Shown: positions 42,960 to 57,358 of the stretch, piece after piece
Layout of the letters: each line of letters opens with the position of its first letter
How positions within the stretch are numbered: position 1 is the stretch's first letter
Source: Eledone cirrhosa
Lineage: Eukaryota
Assembly: GCA_964016885.1 (NCBI GenBank)
Contig: OZ024748.1
Coordinates: 12,090,001 to 12,154,000 of the forward strand
Reading direction: 5' to 3'
Length of the DNA stretch: 64,000 bases
The notes under the pieces: model-generated
The model's input: only the letters and a program-made list of their open reading frames with translations
Databases searched by the model: none
What the model was told of the DNA's origin: nothing
Program-made: the position numbers and the translations under genes

Positions 42960-43215
42960 TCCCCCCCCGAGTCGGATTGAAAGACACAGTTCCCACCCAA
43001 GCCGGATTAAAAGACCAAGTCCCCTCCCCAAGCCGGATTGAAAGACCAAGTCCCCTCCCCAAGCCGGATTGAAAGACCAAGTCCCCTCCCAAGCCGGATA
43101 GAATAACAAGTCCCCTTCCAAGCCGGATTGAAAGATGGACACCCCTCCGAAACCGGATTGAAAGGTGGACACCCCTCCCAAGCCGGATTGAAAGATGAAG
43201 TCCCTTCCCAAGCAG
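42960..43215. repeat. ~31-bp minisatellite contiguous with a minus-strand SINE fragment (42845-42960)
   Basis: Unit caagccggattgaaagaccaagtcccctccc, about 8 copies. Confidence 0.85.
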
Positions 43216-43254
43216 ACATATTTTTTCAAAAGGAATGATGAAGTTCATTTTATT

Positions 43255-43432
43255 ATGGATAGGCAGTAATCGGTTGGGTGTCGGGCATCATGATTTGTGG
43301 CATGGAGTTACGGCCCGTTACGATCTGAGTTCAAATCCCGCCGAGGTTAGCTTTGCCTTTCATGCTTACTGAGTCGATAAATAAAGTACCAGTACTGCAC
43401 TGGGATCGATTTAATCAACTTTACCCTCCCCA
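43255..43432 (+). mobile_element. tRNA-derived SINE
   Basis: ggcagtaatcggt ... ctgagttcaaatcccgccgagg ... gtcgataaataaagtaccag. Confidence 0.8.
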
Positions 43433-43435
43433 GAA

Positions 43436-43523
<88 letters not shown>

Positions 43524-44062
43524 GATAGTAAAGACATGTTGAAACAAACCAAGAACAAATAAAGAGATATATGAATGAAGCAACAACAACTACAACAAGA
43601 ACAACAACGACGAAAACAACAACAGCAAGAACGACCACAACAACAAAAAGGACGCCAACAACAACAACGACAACAAGTGCAACACAACAACAACAAAAAC
43701 AATGACAATAACAGCAAGAAGAAGAACAACAACAAAACCACCACAACGACAACAACAACAACAATAACAACTACAAAAATAGTCAAAAACAATTAAATAA
43801 ATATCAAAATGAAGGAAGTTATTGGAAGACGGCTGCTTCAGTGGAGCGTGGCGGAATAGACGGAGAGAGGGTGCAGAGGGCGCTGGGTGTTAACAGGGTG
43901 GCGCCATCTTGGGTGGGTATGGGAGACATTTTACGGGATGGGGTTGATGGACATTCACTAGAAGTACATTTGACAGACCGTATACACACACACCTACATA
44001 CATACATACACACGCATATACATCCATGTAAATATATATATATACAATATATATATACATCC

Positions 44063-44103
<41 letters not shown>

Positions 44104-44618
44104 TGAAACATACCAAGAGATGTTAACGAGTTTTGATATCCACTGGGGAATCTTCAGTTGGTTTCAATAGTGGATTTTATCATCAACTGTACACACGTAC
44201 ATACACATACATACGCACACACACACACACCACACACACAGTATATATATATATCTATATATCTATATATATCATATAAGTATATATATATGTACATATA
44301 TATATATACATACTTCTCTCTCTTTCTCTCTCTCTCTATATATATATGTGTGTGTGTGTATGTGTATGTGTATATATATATGTGTGTATAGACAGAGATA
44401 GATAATATATGTGTGTGTGTGTGTATGTATATATATATATATATATATGTGTGTATAGACAGAGATAGATAATATATGTGTGTGTGTGTGTGTATGTATA
44501 TGTATATATATATATATATATGTGTGTATAGACAGAGATAGATAATATATGTGTGTGTGTGTGTATGTCTATGTATATATATATATATATGTGTGTATAG
44601 ACAGAGATAGATAATATA

Positions 44619-44673
<55 letters not shown>

Positions 44674-45389
44674 ATAGACAGAGATAGATAGATAGCTATA
44701 TATATAGAGAGAGAGAGATATATATACTGGTACACACATACACACCGCTACTACTACGAACCCCAACATCATCACCTCAGCCATCATCATCATTACCACT
44801 ACAAACCCCACCACCTCCACCACCATCCTCCAGCTCCACCACCACCTCCACCACCCCAACACCCGACACCCCAACTCACCCCTACAACTTCACGGCAACT
44901 ACAAAAGCCAAAGGTAGGCGTCAGACGGACGGCAACCCACCTCGTCTCTGACCAGAGTTAATGATGACTCAATTTGGACATTTCATGTTAGTTCTGTCTT
45001 TCTTCCTCTCCCTCCCCCTCCCCATCACACTCTCACTCTTCACCCTCTCTCTGTCACGTTCACTCCTCCCCCTCTCACATTCACTATCTCCACCCTCTCT
45101 TTCTCACACTCACTCTCTCCCCCTCTCTCTCCTTTCCTAGCTTTTCTCCCCGTTGTTTCCTCATCTGTTACTCCAATCACTTGTTTATTAACACTTAATC
45201 TCATTTCATTCTTTCTTTCTTTTTCTTTCTTTCTTTCTCGCTTTTTTCTTTTTTTTAATATACATTTGTTATTTTCTTTCTTTCTTGCAGCCTCATCTAT
45301 ATGGTTGTTATTTTACTTGTAGCAGTAGTAGTCGTTATTGTTGTAGTTGAGCCCCAGGTCAGCCTAGCTTCAGCTTTTACTATGATAAG

Positions 45390-45795
45390 CTGTTGGGATT
45401 TATCTCCAGATCATCTCTGATCTAGTAGTGATATACCTACCAATGTTGCTGGGGTTTAACTCCAGATCAAATGATCTAGCAGTTATATTCTAACCAGTTG
45501 TTGCTGGGGTTTAGCTTCAGATCAACTGATCTAGCTGTGATATTCTAACCAATTGAGGTGAGGTGTAACTCCAGATCAACTGATCTAGCAATGATATTCT
45601 AACCAGTTGTTGCTGGGGTTTAATTCCAGATCAACTGATCTAGCAATGATATTCTAACCAGTTGTTGCTGGGTTTTAGCTCCAGTTCAACTGATCCAGTT
45701 GTGCTATGATAACCAGTTGTTGAAGGGGTTTAGCTCCAGATCAGATCTGATCCAGTTGTGCTATGCTAATTAGATGTTGATGGGGTTTAGCTCGA
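45390..45795. repeat. ~55-bp minisatellite
   Basis: gttgctggggttta.ctccagatcaactgatctagc..tgatattctaaccagtt repeated about 7 times. Confidence 0.85.
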
Positions 45796-45827
45796 TACAT
45801 ATATACATATATGTATACATACATACA

Positions 45828-45858
<31 letters not shown>

Positions 45859-45907
45859 CGTACATACCTACCTACCTACCTACTTACACACATACATACA
45901 TACATAC

Positions 45908-46290
45908 ATGGTGGCTGCCAACTCGTTTTCGAGTACGGCCACTACTTTATATCCATGTAGGAGAACCCCTACCGATGCGCTGAACGAGTGTGACTTTTTA
46001 GTCCAGCCAGCAACTTGAAAACTCTGGTACAAACACTACACTTGTGACAATTATTGACAGTGCTGGGCCCATGGTACCATGTGACGACAAGTGCAGAGAG
46101 ATCTCCAGATATAAAGCAATGCCTGTGCCGTGAAGCTTTTATAGTGAGCAAAGGCACTGCACAAAGCCAGTCCCACTCTCTTAACCAAGATGATATTTAC
46201 CAAAAGAAGAACAAGTCAACATCGTTGGATACCATCAGGGTTGCAGGTGTTATATCAGAGTTTTCCTTCTCCTAGAATTCTGCCTTGACA
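45908..46290 (-). mobile_element. LINE 3' fragment (RTE-like) with C2H2 finger
   Basis: HKCSVCTRVFKLLAGLKSHTRSAHR*, then a short UTR and (TATG)n on the element strand. Confidence 0.65.
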
Positions 46291-46409
46291 ATATGTATGT
46301 ATGTATGCATGTATGTATGTTTGTATGACATACATACATATGTATGTCAATATGTATGTATGCATGTATGTTTGTATGACATACATACATGCATACATAC
46401 ATACATACA

Positions 46410-46443
<34 letters not shown>

Positions 46444-46500
46444 CATAGAAATCTATATCTTTACCAGTACAGGCTATGAAGCTACAAGATAGATAAATAG

Positions 46501-46531
<31 letters not shown>

Positions 46532-47140
46532 GATAGATGGATTGATGTGGTGGGTGGTTTGGGTGGATGAAGCTGTGGATGGATGGCTGGATGGATAGTG
46601 AAAGAGGAGAGGAGAGGAGATAGATAAATAGATAAACAGAGATATATTTGGGGATAAATTGACTAAATTAACAATTGAGTGATTGAATGAACGAAAGAGG
46701 ATGAGATACGTCGGTTGAGTGTGAGAGAGAGGGAGAGAGGGATAGAGGGAAAGAGAAGGAGAACGAGGGTGGACTGTGGAAGGGTTTAGGGGCCAGTTAG
46801 TGTGAGAGATTGAGATGAAGAGATAGTATAGACTGACCAAGTCATTTATCATCATGCTATAAAATTCTGTAGACGTCCATAGATGAGTTTGGCGTCGCCG
46901 TCTTAACAGCAGTTGGTCGTAGTCTTCCTTGTTTGACCCATTCTGAAGGACAGACAGATAGACAGAAAGACAAACAGACATAAAGACCAGCTTTTCTATA
47001 GCCTTTTCTTTTCACTGGTTTTGTTTTAACACTTTATCCGCCCACAACTGCCATACATTGATATAAATCCCTTTCATCTTACCGAATATATACTATATCA
47101 CTAACTGACCAGTAGTCGCATATATACATATACATACATA

Positions 47141-47217
<77 letters not shown>

Positions 47218-47220
<3 letters not shown>

Positions 47221-47401
47221 AACGAGGAGGACCCCGACGGCTGAGCTCAAGCCGTTTCGACGGCTAATTCTGGACTAGAATTAGCCGTCGAAACGGCTTG
47301 AGCTCAGCCGTCGGGGTCCTACTCGTTCCTATCACCCACTCTACTACCCTAAGTATTGAGTACTTTGGTGCGTTATGGTTCCTTACCACATTTCCTTCGT
47401 T
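47218..47401 (+). mobile_element. Family C PLE-type fold-back end
   Basis: Palindrome centred near 47275, with GAAA-CGGCTTGAGCTCAGCCG-TC-GGGG. Confidence 0.75.
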
Positions 47402-47544
47402 ATATATATATATATATGCATATATACAGGGTGTCCACCTAAAAATGTATACAAACTTTTATCAGAATGCTGTTGAAGTGTGGGGGACACCTTATATAAA
47501 TATATATATATTAATATCTCTATATCTATCTATCTATCTATCAA

Positions 47545-47626
<82 letters not shown>

Positions 47627-47764
47627 ATGTCTCCCCCTATTGGGGAAAATCGGCTAATTTTTTAATTGCATTTGTGATAATATTTTACACGTTTTTATTG
47701 TATGTAAACTTCCCCCTTTGTATTTGTTCCCTTCTTTTGTGTCCCTGTGGCTAATAAAGAAACG
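47627..47764 (+). mobile_element. Tx1/L1-like LINE 3'UTR stub
   Basis: Matches the 3' ends at 37230-37360 and 20879-21016. (TATC)n lies upstream and tatcta downstream. Confidence 0.8.
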
Positions 47765-47876
47765 TATCTATATATTAATTAAAATAGCAGATTAAAGTTT
47801 AAGCAAAGAATCGCTGCTTTCATATATATGTATGTATGTATGTATAAATAAACTTTCCATATTTGAAAATGAAGTT

Positions 47877-47969
<93 letters not shown>

Positions 47970-48128
47970 GTATAGGAAACAGTGGTCACAGCATTGGATA
48001 TTTGAGTTCTGCAAGTACTTGTGAATTTGCACGTAGCATAACTAGGCTGCAGTACCACCGTGGAAACACTTGTAAGCACACGGAATAAATTACCTTTTTA
48101 TGATGTCTACCTGTTATTATTCATTCTT

Positions 48129-48239
<111 letters not shown>

Positions 48240-48345
48240 GGGATAACAGGTTATCGTTATAGGCAGTCCACTTAGATGTAGTCCAGTTAGGGTACTCCGT
48301 GTTGTGGATGGTATTAACGTATGGCTATATATATATATATATATA

Positions 48346-48547
48346 TACGTTATTCCGGGTTGAATCGGAGGTAACCACAGTAAGTAAGGTACTCAATACA
48401 TAGCAGAGTATAACAGTTTTAATATAGATGAGATTCTACAGGACTAGAACTGTTTCATTCATTAGAAATCATCACCTGATGATTTCTAATGAATGAAACA
48501 GTTCTAGTCCTGTAGAATCTCATCTATATTAAAACTGTTATACTCTG

Positions 48548-48550
<3 letters not shown>
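48346..48550. mobile_element. Family A fold-back end
   Basis: Perfect hairpin whose tip (tcatca-cc-tgatga) is the CTGATGA core at 48476-48482. Confidence 0.75.
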
Positions 48551-48585
<35 letters not shown>

Positions 48586-48654
48586 AACGTGGGGAGAAGA
48601 ATACTGCATGGTTGCACATGGAATACATATTATAAAATTAGTCCCTCATCAGTG

Positions 48655-48758
<104 letters not shown>

Positions 48759-49074
48759 AAGAACTTAATTTTCAAATATATGTGTGTGTGTGTGCGTCTG
48801 TGTATATGAGTCTCTGTGTTTGTGAGTATGTGTCTGTCTGAGTCCGTGTGTGTATCTGAGTCTGTGTGTGTGTGTGAATATGTGTGAATGTGTATGTGTG
48901 GTGTTAAAGATTTTGGTTGGCAATCAGTTGGTTCTGAATTCAGTCAAGCTATGTGGTACTTTGGGCAAATGTCTTCTATTTAAAACCTCAAGCTGGCCAA
49001 TAACTTGTAAGTGGAATTTGGTAAACGGAAACTGTAGAGCCCGTCACACACACACACACACGCACACACACACA

Positions 49075-49114
<40 letters not shown>

Positions 49115-49169
49115 CACATACGCACACACACACACACACTTGACTATGTATGTATATATATTATTATTA

Positions 49170-49568
49170 TAAATCCCGCCGAGGTTGACTTTGCTTTTCA
49201 TCCTTACGGGGTCGATAAAATAAAGTACCAGTAATGCACTGGGTAATTGCTGGCCTTGTGCCTAAAGTAGAAACAATTATTATATACGGGGAGTGAGTTC
49301 GATTCCCGGAACGTTTAATGCATTATGTCCTTGAGCAAGACACTTTATTTCACGTTGTTCCTTCTACCTGGAGTTGCGACAGATAGAGAATATTAGCAAT
49401 TGGAAAGACCAATGGAAACATTGTTTCCTCGGTCCGATTTGACGAAAGTCGATCGACTCCTATATATGGGGAACATTGCCTTTTATCCTTACGGGGGTCG
49501 ATAAAATAAAGTACGAGTAATGCACTGAGTAATTGCTGGCCTTGTGCCAAAAGTAGAAACAATTATTA
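49170..49568 (+). mobile_element. Cluster of SINE fragments
   Basis: Two copies of the catccttacggggtcgataaaataaagtac tail flank a gagttcgattcc..gtccttgagcaagacactttatttcac fragment. Confidence 0.7.
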
Positions 49569-49909
49569 CATTTGGGGGCTGACCATGTTGTCAGTATTGC
49601 AGATACTGGCAACATGACCATCCCCAGATGTAACAATATCGTTTTCAACACACGATTTCACATCAGGAATCTTACAAAACAACTACATAAATATATATAT
49701 ACATACAAACATACATATATATATATATATAGTGTATATCTAAATACATGTAAATGAAATTTTCTTTTTAATGTATATATATGTGTGCGTGTGTGTGTGT
49801 GTATATATATATATATACATACAAACATACATATATATATATAGTGTATATCTAAATACATGTAAATGAAATTTTCTTTTTAATGTATATATATGTGTGC
49901 GTGTGTGTG

Positions 49910-50001
<92 letters not shown>

Positions 50002-50225
50002 TATACATATATACACACATATATATATATCAAAGATTTGTATCGGTAGAACTCCATCAAATGATGACAAAAGCATTGAAGTAGATGTAAAGATGATGGA
50101 GGGGTGGGTGAAAAAAGGGGACGAGATAATGTCCAGCAGTCAAGTTGATTTGGTCAAAATATGTATCAGTTTACCTCTATCTTGGTAGTCTTATCTAAAA
50201 ATAAGGGTTAGAGAGAGAGAGTGGG

Positions 50226-50262
<37 letters not shown>

Positions 50263-50487
50263 GGGGGTCACTACTGAAATATATATCCCCCGACGCCACC
50301 ACTTGTGTGTGTTTGTGCGTACTCGTATGTCGACGTACATGTATGAATATATATGTATTTATATGTGTATATACATATATCTATATATCTATGTATGTGT
50401 ATATGTCTATCATTGTCTCTATCGGTGTATTCTTGTGTATGTATCGTATCTTGAAATCCCTGTTTCTATGTGTTTCTCTCCCCCCTC

Positions 50488-50561
<74 letters not shown>

Positions 50562-50735
50562 TATATATCGGGGGCGCGTTTTAAGCGCCGAAACATCTAT
50601 GATCCGTAGTAAACAGCTGATGAAGGGCAACTTTTCTTCTCTTCTTTACGTCCCTATTACCTTCTTACACTTTATTTTCAGTAACAACACGGCCTGCCTC
50701 TTTACCTATATATATATGTGTATATATGTATCTAA

Positions 50736-50788
<53 letters not shown>

Positions 50789-51008
50789 AAGTTTTATTTA
50801 AATTGTTGGGTTAACATTTTCCACTACCAAATCAACTTTTCAAATAGAAGTCGAAGTTGAAAGGTATGTCGAATCTATCTATTTATAAGACTGTTTATAT
50901 TGTATTTTGTCTGAAGAAGGCATAACATATTTTTAATATGATATCCCTGAAATATATATAATGAAATAGATATGGTTTTATAAATATAGTTTCCATTTAT
51001 TTAATATC

Positions 51009-51045
<37 letters not shown>

Positions 51046-52266
51046 GTGCAGAATAAATTTTTTTTAAAGCAAAGAATCGCCGCTTCCATCCTTTACGGGA
51101 TCTTCTGAAACGATTTAATGTACTGGAGTAAAGTGATATAAAGTGCCTTACACAAGGACACAGCATACCGCCAGGAGTTGAGCTCACGACCTGAAGATCG
51201 TGAATCTGACACCCTAACTACTAAGCTACGGGATTTCTGTATCGGTATATGAAACATACAGATACATACACCTGCGCAGAGATACACACACACACACACA
51301 CTGATTTATACAACATTGGTTAGCTTCGCCTTTCATCTTTACGCGGTCGATAAAATAAAGTACCAGTAATGCACTAGGGTCGATTTAATCGACTTTCTCC
51401 TCCATCAAATTTGATGGCCTTGTACCTAAATCAGAAACGATTAACCAATATGCTCTTCCGTCTTCTGAACGGTGACATTGCAGTGACCCACGAACAAAAT
51501 GGCAAAAGCCTTACCCCGGAGAATGGCCAAAGTCACCACTTGAAAAGTTTTTGGCTGCTATTTTTAGAAGCTCTAATGACGACATATCAACATCTTTGTT
51601 AGTTTTACAGTGTTATTGTTATTGTTGTTGTTGTTGTTATTATTGTTATTGTTGTTATTGTTGCTTTACTTTTTAGGAATGTGTTTTGGTTATTGTTGTG
51701 AAATATATTGTTGTTGTGATTGTTGTTTTGCTGTTATTGTTGTTATTGTCGTTATTGTTGTTGTTGTTGGTGGTGCTGGTAGTAATGGTGGTTGTCATGG
51801 TGGTGGTTTTGGTGCTGTTGTTGGCGTTATAGTTGTTGTTGTTGGTGGTGGTGATGGTGATGGTAATGGTGGTTGTCATGGTGGTGGTTTTGGTGCTGTT
51901 GTTGACGTTATAGTTGTTGTTAGTGGTGGTGGTGGTGATGGTGATGGTAATGGTGGTTGTTATGGTGGTGGTTTTGGTGCTGTTGTTGGCGTTATAGTTG
52001 TTGTTGGTGGTGGTGGTGATGGTGATGGAAATGGTGGTTGTCATGGTGGTGGTTTTGGTGCTGTTATTGGCGTTATAGTTGTTGTTGTTGGTGGTGGTGA
52101 TGTTATTGTTGTTGATGCTGCTTTTATTTTTGTTTTTATGAATTTGTGATTTCTGTTTTAGCATTGTTGTTCTTGATGTTGATGGTGATGACGATGATGA
52201 TGATGATGATGACAAAATGATGACGACGTGGCTGTCGATGATGATACTGCTGTTGCTGTGTGCAGG

Positions 52267-52347
<81 letters not shown>

Positions 52348-52955
52348 GACGACAATGACGCCGTGGTTGTCGATGCTGCTGTTGATACAGATGTGTGTAA
52401 GTTTGATGATGATGATGATGATGATGATGTTGGTGATGATGATGGCGGTGATGATGATGTTGGTGATGATGATGGCGGTGATTTCCTATTGTGACAATGT
52501 CTGGTCATGAAACCTACTCCCACTGTGACGACGCCAATACAAGGACAAAAGACTACATATAGTCTGGACGTTAGTGAGAGATGAATTGCGAGGCGTGCGA
52601 CAAGTGTAGGACACTGGGAGGCTATAGTAAGGTGTGGGAGGGGTGGGGTGGAATAGAGGTGTGGGGGGAGGAGAGGTGTGTAGCTGTGTGGAGGAGAGGT
52701 GTGTGTAGGGAAGGTGTGTAGAGGAGAGGTGTGTGTAGGGAAGGTGTGTAGAGGAGAGGTGTGTAGAGGAGAGGTGTGTGTAGGGAAGGTGTGTAGAGGA
52801 GAGGTGTGTGTGTGTAGGGAAGGTGTGTAGAGGAGAGGTGTGTGTAGGGACGGTGTGTAACTGTGTGCAGAGGTGTATACCTGTATAGAGAGGGGTGAAG
52901 ATGTATATTGAGGCGTATAGGTGTGTTGAGGTATGTTTGTATGTACAAAGGTCTG

Positions 52956-52989
<34 letters not shown>

Positions 52990-53426
52990 TGTATGTATGT
53001 ATGTATGTATGTATGTACAAATGTATATATATATGTATGTATGTATGTATTTATGTTTGTATGTATATATGTATGTGTGCGCTGCATAGAGTTACGGCCC
53101 TTTACATTTTGAGTTCTAATCCTGCCGAATTTAGCTTTTCTTTTCATCCTTACGGGGTCGATAAATAAAGGTACTGGGTCGATTTAATCGACTTTCCCCT
53201 ACTCCCCCAAATTGTTAATCTTGTGTTTAAAGCAGAAGCCACTATATATATATACATACACACGTATATATATATATATCTATATATATATATATAGATA
53301 TATATATATATGTGTATGTATATACATACACACGTATATATATGTGTGTGTGTATAGATGTATATCGAACATTTTCCTATATGTACACACATATATATAT
53401 ATATACAGACACATACATACACACGC

Positions 53427-53461
<35 letters not shown>

Positions 53462-53574
53462 TATACATATATATAGTACATATATATACAGATATATAAA
53501 CACACTTACACATACACCCACATTTACACACACATAAACACATACATGCACGTAGACAGAGCTACCAAAAATAT

Positions 53575-53805
53575 GAACAAAATATAAATATAATATAAAT
53601 AAAATATAAATAAAATATAAATAAAATATAAATAAAATAAAAATAAAATAAAAATAAAATATAAATAAAATATAAATAAAATTAAAATAAAATATAAATA
53701 AAATAAAAATAAAATATAAAATAAAATATAAATAAAATATAAATAAAATATAAATAAAATATAAATAAAATATAAATAAAAGAAAAATAATGTAAATAAA
53801 ATATC
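53575..53805. repeat. (AAAATATAAAT)n AT-rich tandem repeat
   Basis: Direct inspection. Confidence 0.85.
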
Positions 53806-54135
53806 AAAATAAAGGACAACAACATGCAACCACAGAACGAGTGGCAGAGATGCGGTCACATGACCAACTTTTACACATTATTAGGCAACGAAGAGCTATT
53901 TATTGTTTTCTGAAACGGTACAAACAGCGTTTAGTGCGAGATATTTGTTAAACCAACCGTAAGGCATTTGCTGACATCAAACTAACCTTTGTCTCTGCTC
54001 TACATTGATAAATAACGGAGACACGTTTTACAGATACTATCTGCTCTGTTGTTTTTAGCTTTCATTGTCTCTCTCTTCTCCCTCTCTCTCTCTCTTCTCG
54101 CCGTCTCTTCTCTCTCTCTCTATCTATCTATCTAT

Positions 54136-54207
<72 letters not shown>

Positions 54208-55079
54208 CCCCTCTCTCTCTCCCTCTCTCTCTACTCCTTTCTCTTCTCTTCTCTCTCTCTTCTCTCTCTATTTCTCTTTCTTCTCTTCTCTCTCTTCTCT
54301 TTCTCTGTCTCTCTCTCTCTCTTCATTACACACTTCCATCCTCCCTGACATCATACACTGTAGGGTGTGTTGGTGGTGGTGGTGTTGACGGTGGTGGTGG
54401 TGGTGGTGGTGGTGGTGTGGTGGTGTTGACGGTGGTGGTGGTGATGGTGGTGGTGGTGGTGGTGGTGGTGGTGGTGTGGTGGTTTTGACGGTCATGGTGG
54501 TGGGTGTAGGAGGGTGTTGGTGCTGGTGCTACGGGGTGGTGTTGACAGTGATGGTGGTGGTGGTGGTGGATGTGGGAGTGTGGTGGTGCTGTGGTGGTGT
54601 TGACGGTGGTGGTGGTGATGGTGGTGAGGGTGGGGTGGTTTGGTGTGTGTTATCGTCGTTTTTGACGTTGTCATCGTTGTCACCGTCGTGGTGTGGATAT
54701 ATTCTGTGTGTGTGTGTGTGTGTGTCCCTGTGTGTATGTGTGTGTGTTTGTTTGTGTGTGCGTGTGTGTGTATGTGTGTGTGTGTGTTTAAGTATGTATG
54801 TGTGTGTGTGTGTGTGTTTAAGTGTGTGTGTGTATGTGTGTGTGTGTGTGTTTAAGTGTGTGTGTGCTAATAAAAGACTTGAGATAGGATTTAGGGTAAA
54901 AATGATAGGAATGAAAAAAAACAGAAAACTCTGGGTGGGGCGTGGGGTGAGGGGTGAAGGATGAGGATTAGAGATATGAGTGATAGAAGGAGGAGAAGAT
55001 AAGAGATAAAATAGACGACATATTAAGAGAGAAGGGGGAAAGAGGGAGAGAGGTAAAGTGGGAGTGTAGAGGGTGTAAT

Positions 55080-55292
55080 ATAATTGTTTCTGATTTAGGC
55101 ACAAGGCCAGCAATTTGTGGGGAGGAGGAGGAGGAGGAGGAGGAGAAGTCGATTAAATCAATCCCAGTGCATTACTGGTACTTTATTTTATCGACCCCGT
55201 AAGGATGAAATGCAAAGCTAACCTTGGTGGGATTTGAACTCGGAACGTGAACGAACGTAACTATATGTCGCAAGGTATGTTGTCCGACGCTC
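55080..55292 (-). mobile_element. tRNA-derived SINE
   Basis: Reverse complement of the shared SINE body (tttatcgaccccgtaaggatgaaa..gggatttgaactc). Confidence 0.75.
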
Positions 55293-55305
55293 AAGTAGTA
55301 GTCGC

Positions 55306-55362
<57 letters not shown>

Positions 55363-56059
55363 GGTGTAAGGTAAGCCCAAATCATAGTAGATTCAAATAT
55401 CATAGAGAGGAGGGGGGGGGAATGAGGTCCAACAGAAATGAAACATGGATTACAGGTTACAATATAGTCTAGATAGATGAGAAACAAAACAAGGATGTAG
55501 TTTATTGAACACCCAAATGATTTAGAAGTCGACCTTAAGTAGGAACAATAACATTAAGTAAGACATGAATGACACCATATGATTTTGTATTGAAAAATTT
55601 GAAAGTAGGTTTATAAGTATGAATTTTCATTTGAATGTGGTAGCAGTTTAAGTTGTCTAGCGGTAGGTGCTAGATACGGTGGAAATCCTTGTTTTGGGTT
55701 CAATCCTGGTCAAGAATTACACGTATTCTTTTTCAGTTCCTATTTTACATACCATAGAAAAAAAAAACTGAAAAGGCTTACTGGGAACCCTACTCCGAAC
55801 CAGGACCGAACTTCAGACCAGGATCACCACCGTCTATGATTCCACCAACTAGGCCGCCGAGACAGCTACAAAAGTATAATGAAAATTGATAATTATAAAC
55901 CTACTTTCAAAATCAAAGTTAAAAAGATGTGGTGTCGTTCATGGCTTTCCTAGAGCTATTAGTAATATTTATACTTGTCAATCTTCTGGCCCTTTGGTAA
56001 TGACCTTATTATTCCTATGTGTGTTGAATTAATTTAATCAAATTATTTTAACAAATAAT

Positions 56060-56248
56060 TGTTTCTACGTTAGGCACAAGGCCAGCAATTACCCAGTGTG
56101 TTACTAGTACTTTATTTTATCGACCCCGTAAGGATGAAAGGCAAAGTTAACCTCGGCGGGATTTGAACTCAGAATGGCAAGGGCCGTAACTCTATGCGCC
56201 AAAGCATAACACCCGACACTCTACCGATACTGCCAATCCACCGCCTTG
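56060..56248 (-). mobile_element. tRNA-derived SINE, near full length
   Basis: Reverse complement of the 34418-34610 type, with both A and B boxes. Confidence 0.85.
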
Positions 56249-56278
56249 GCATTATATATATATATATATTATTTTGGC

Positions 56279-56491
<213 letters not shown>

Positions 56492-56522
56492 AGATCAAAA
56501 GATGGTTAAAGGAGTTCCATGT

Positions 56523-56591
56523 ATTTTATTATGCGCATTTCAAAAACAAACATCATCATGCAATAATATTTGTGTTTTCATCAGATAAAAC
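56523..56591 (-). ncRNA. Type I hammerhead ribozyme (sister of 15449-15519)
   Basis: GUUUUAU-CUGAUGA-(CAAAUAU/AUGUUUG)-GAAA-UGCGCA-UA^AUAAAAU. Confidence 0.85.
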
Positions 56592-56655
56592 AGGAGAACA
56601 TGATATGAAGGCTAAAAAACACTTGTGGATAGTGCACTTTTAAATCAATATATAT

Positions 56656-56690
<35 letters not shown>

Positions 56691-57006
56691 ATGCCAATCA
56701 TTGTAAGCTTGAATGTAACTGACATGCAAAAACATATATATATGAGTAAGGTAAGCTGTAATAACCTTTGTGCGGGCCACAGGTGTGCTTCTAAAGGGCC
56801 GTATGCAGCACGTGGGCCGCATGCGGATTTTGAAAGTAGGTTTATAATTATCAATTTTCATTATACTTTTCATCCAACTCTTCACACACACACACATACA
56901 TACAATCACAGACACACAAATACACACATATCATGGGAGTGATTAGGTATACACACACATACACACAGCCGCATATATGTGTGTGTGTGTGTGTATAAAT
57001 ACATAC

Positions 57007-57038
<32 letters not shown>

Positions 57039-57039
<1 letters not shown>

Positions 57040-57218
57040 ACGAAGGAAATGTGGTAAGGAACCAGGTGGACCATAACGCACCAAAGTACTCAATACTTAG
57101 GGTAGTAGAGTGGGTAATAGGAACCAGTAAGACCCCGACGGCTGAGCTGAAGCCGTTTCGACGGCGAATTAGCCGTCGAAACGGCTTGAGCTCAGCCGTC
57201 GGGGTCTTACTGGTTCCT
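57039..57218 (-). mobile_element. Family C PLE-type fold-back end
   Basis: Palindrome around gacggc-gaatta-gccgtc, with (TA)n flanks. Confidence 0.75.
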
Positions 57219-57265
57219 ATATATATATACACACATATATATATATATATGATATATATATACAC

Positions 57266-57304
<39 letters not shown>

Positions 57305-57326
57305 TATATATGATATATATATACAC

Positions 57327-57358
<32 letters not shown>

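Noticed and set aside
45969-46157. Host C2H2 zinc-finger gene
   Set aside because: A single finger at an ORF end, duplicated at 14967 and followed by a microsatellite tail, which fits a LINE 3' end better.
50905-50962. CTGAAGA-AGG..CCT-GAAA-TATATA hammerhead
   Set aside because: No register gives both a UH cleavage site and a paired helix I, so it is probably decayed.
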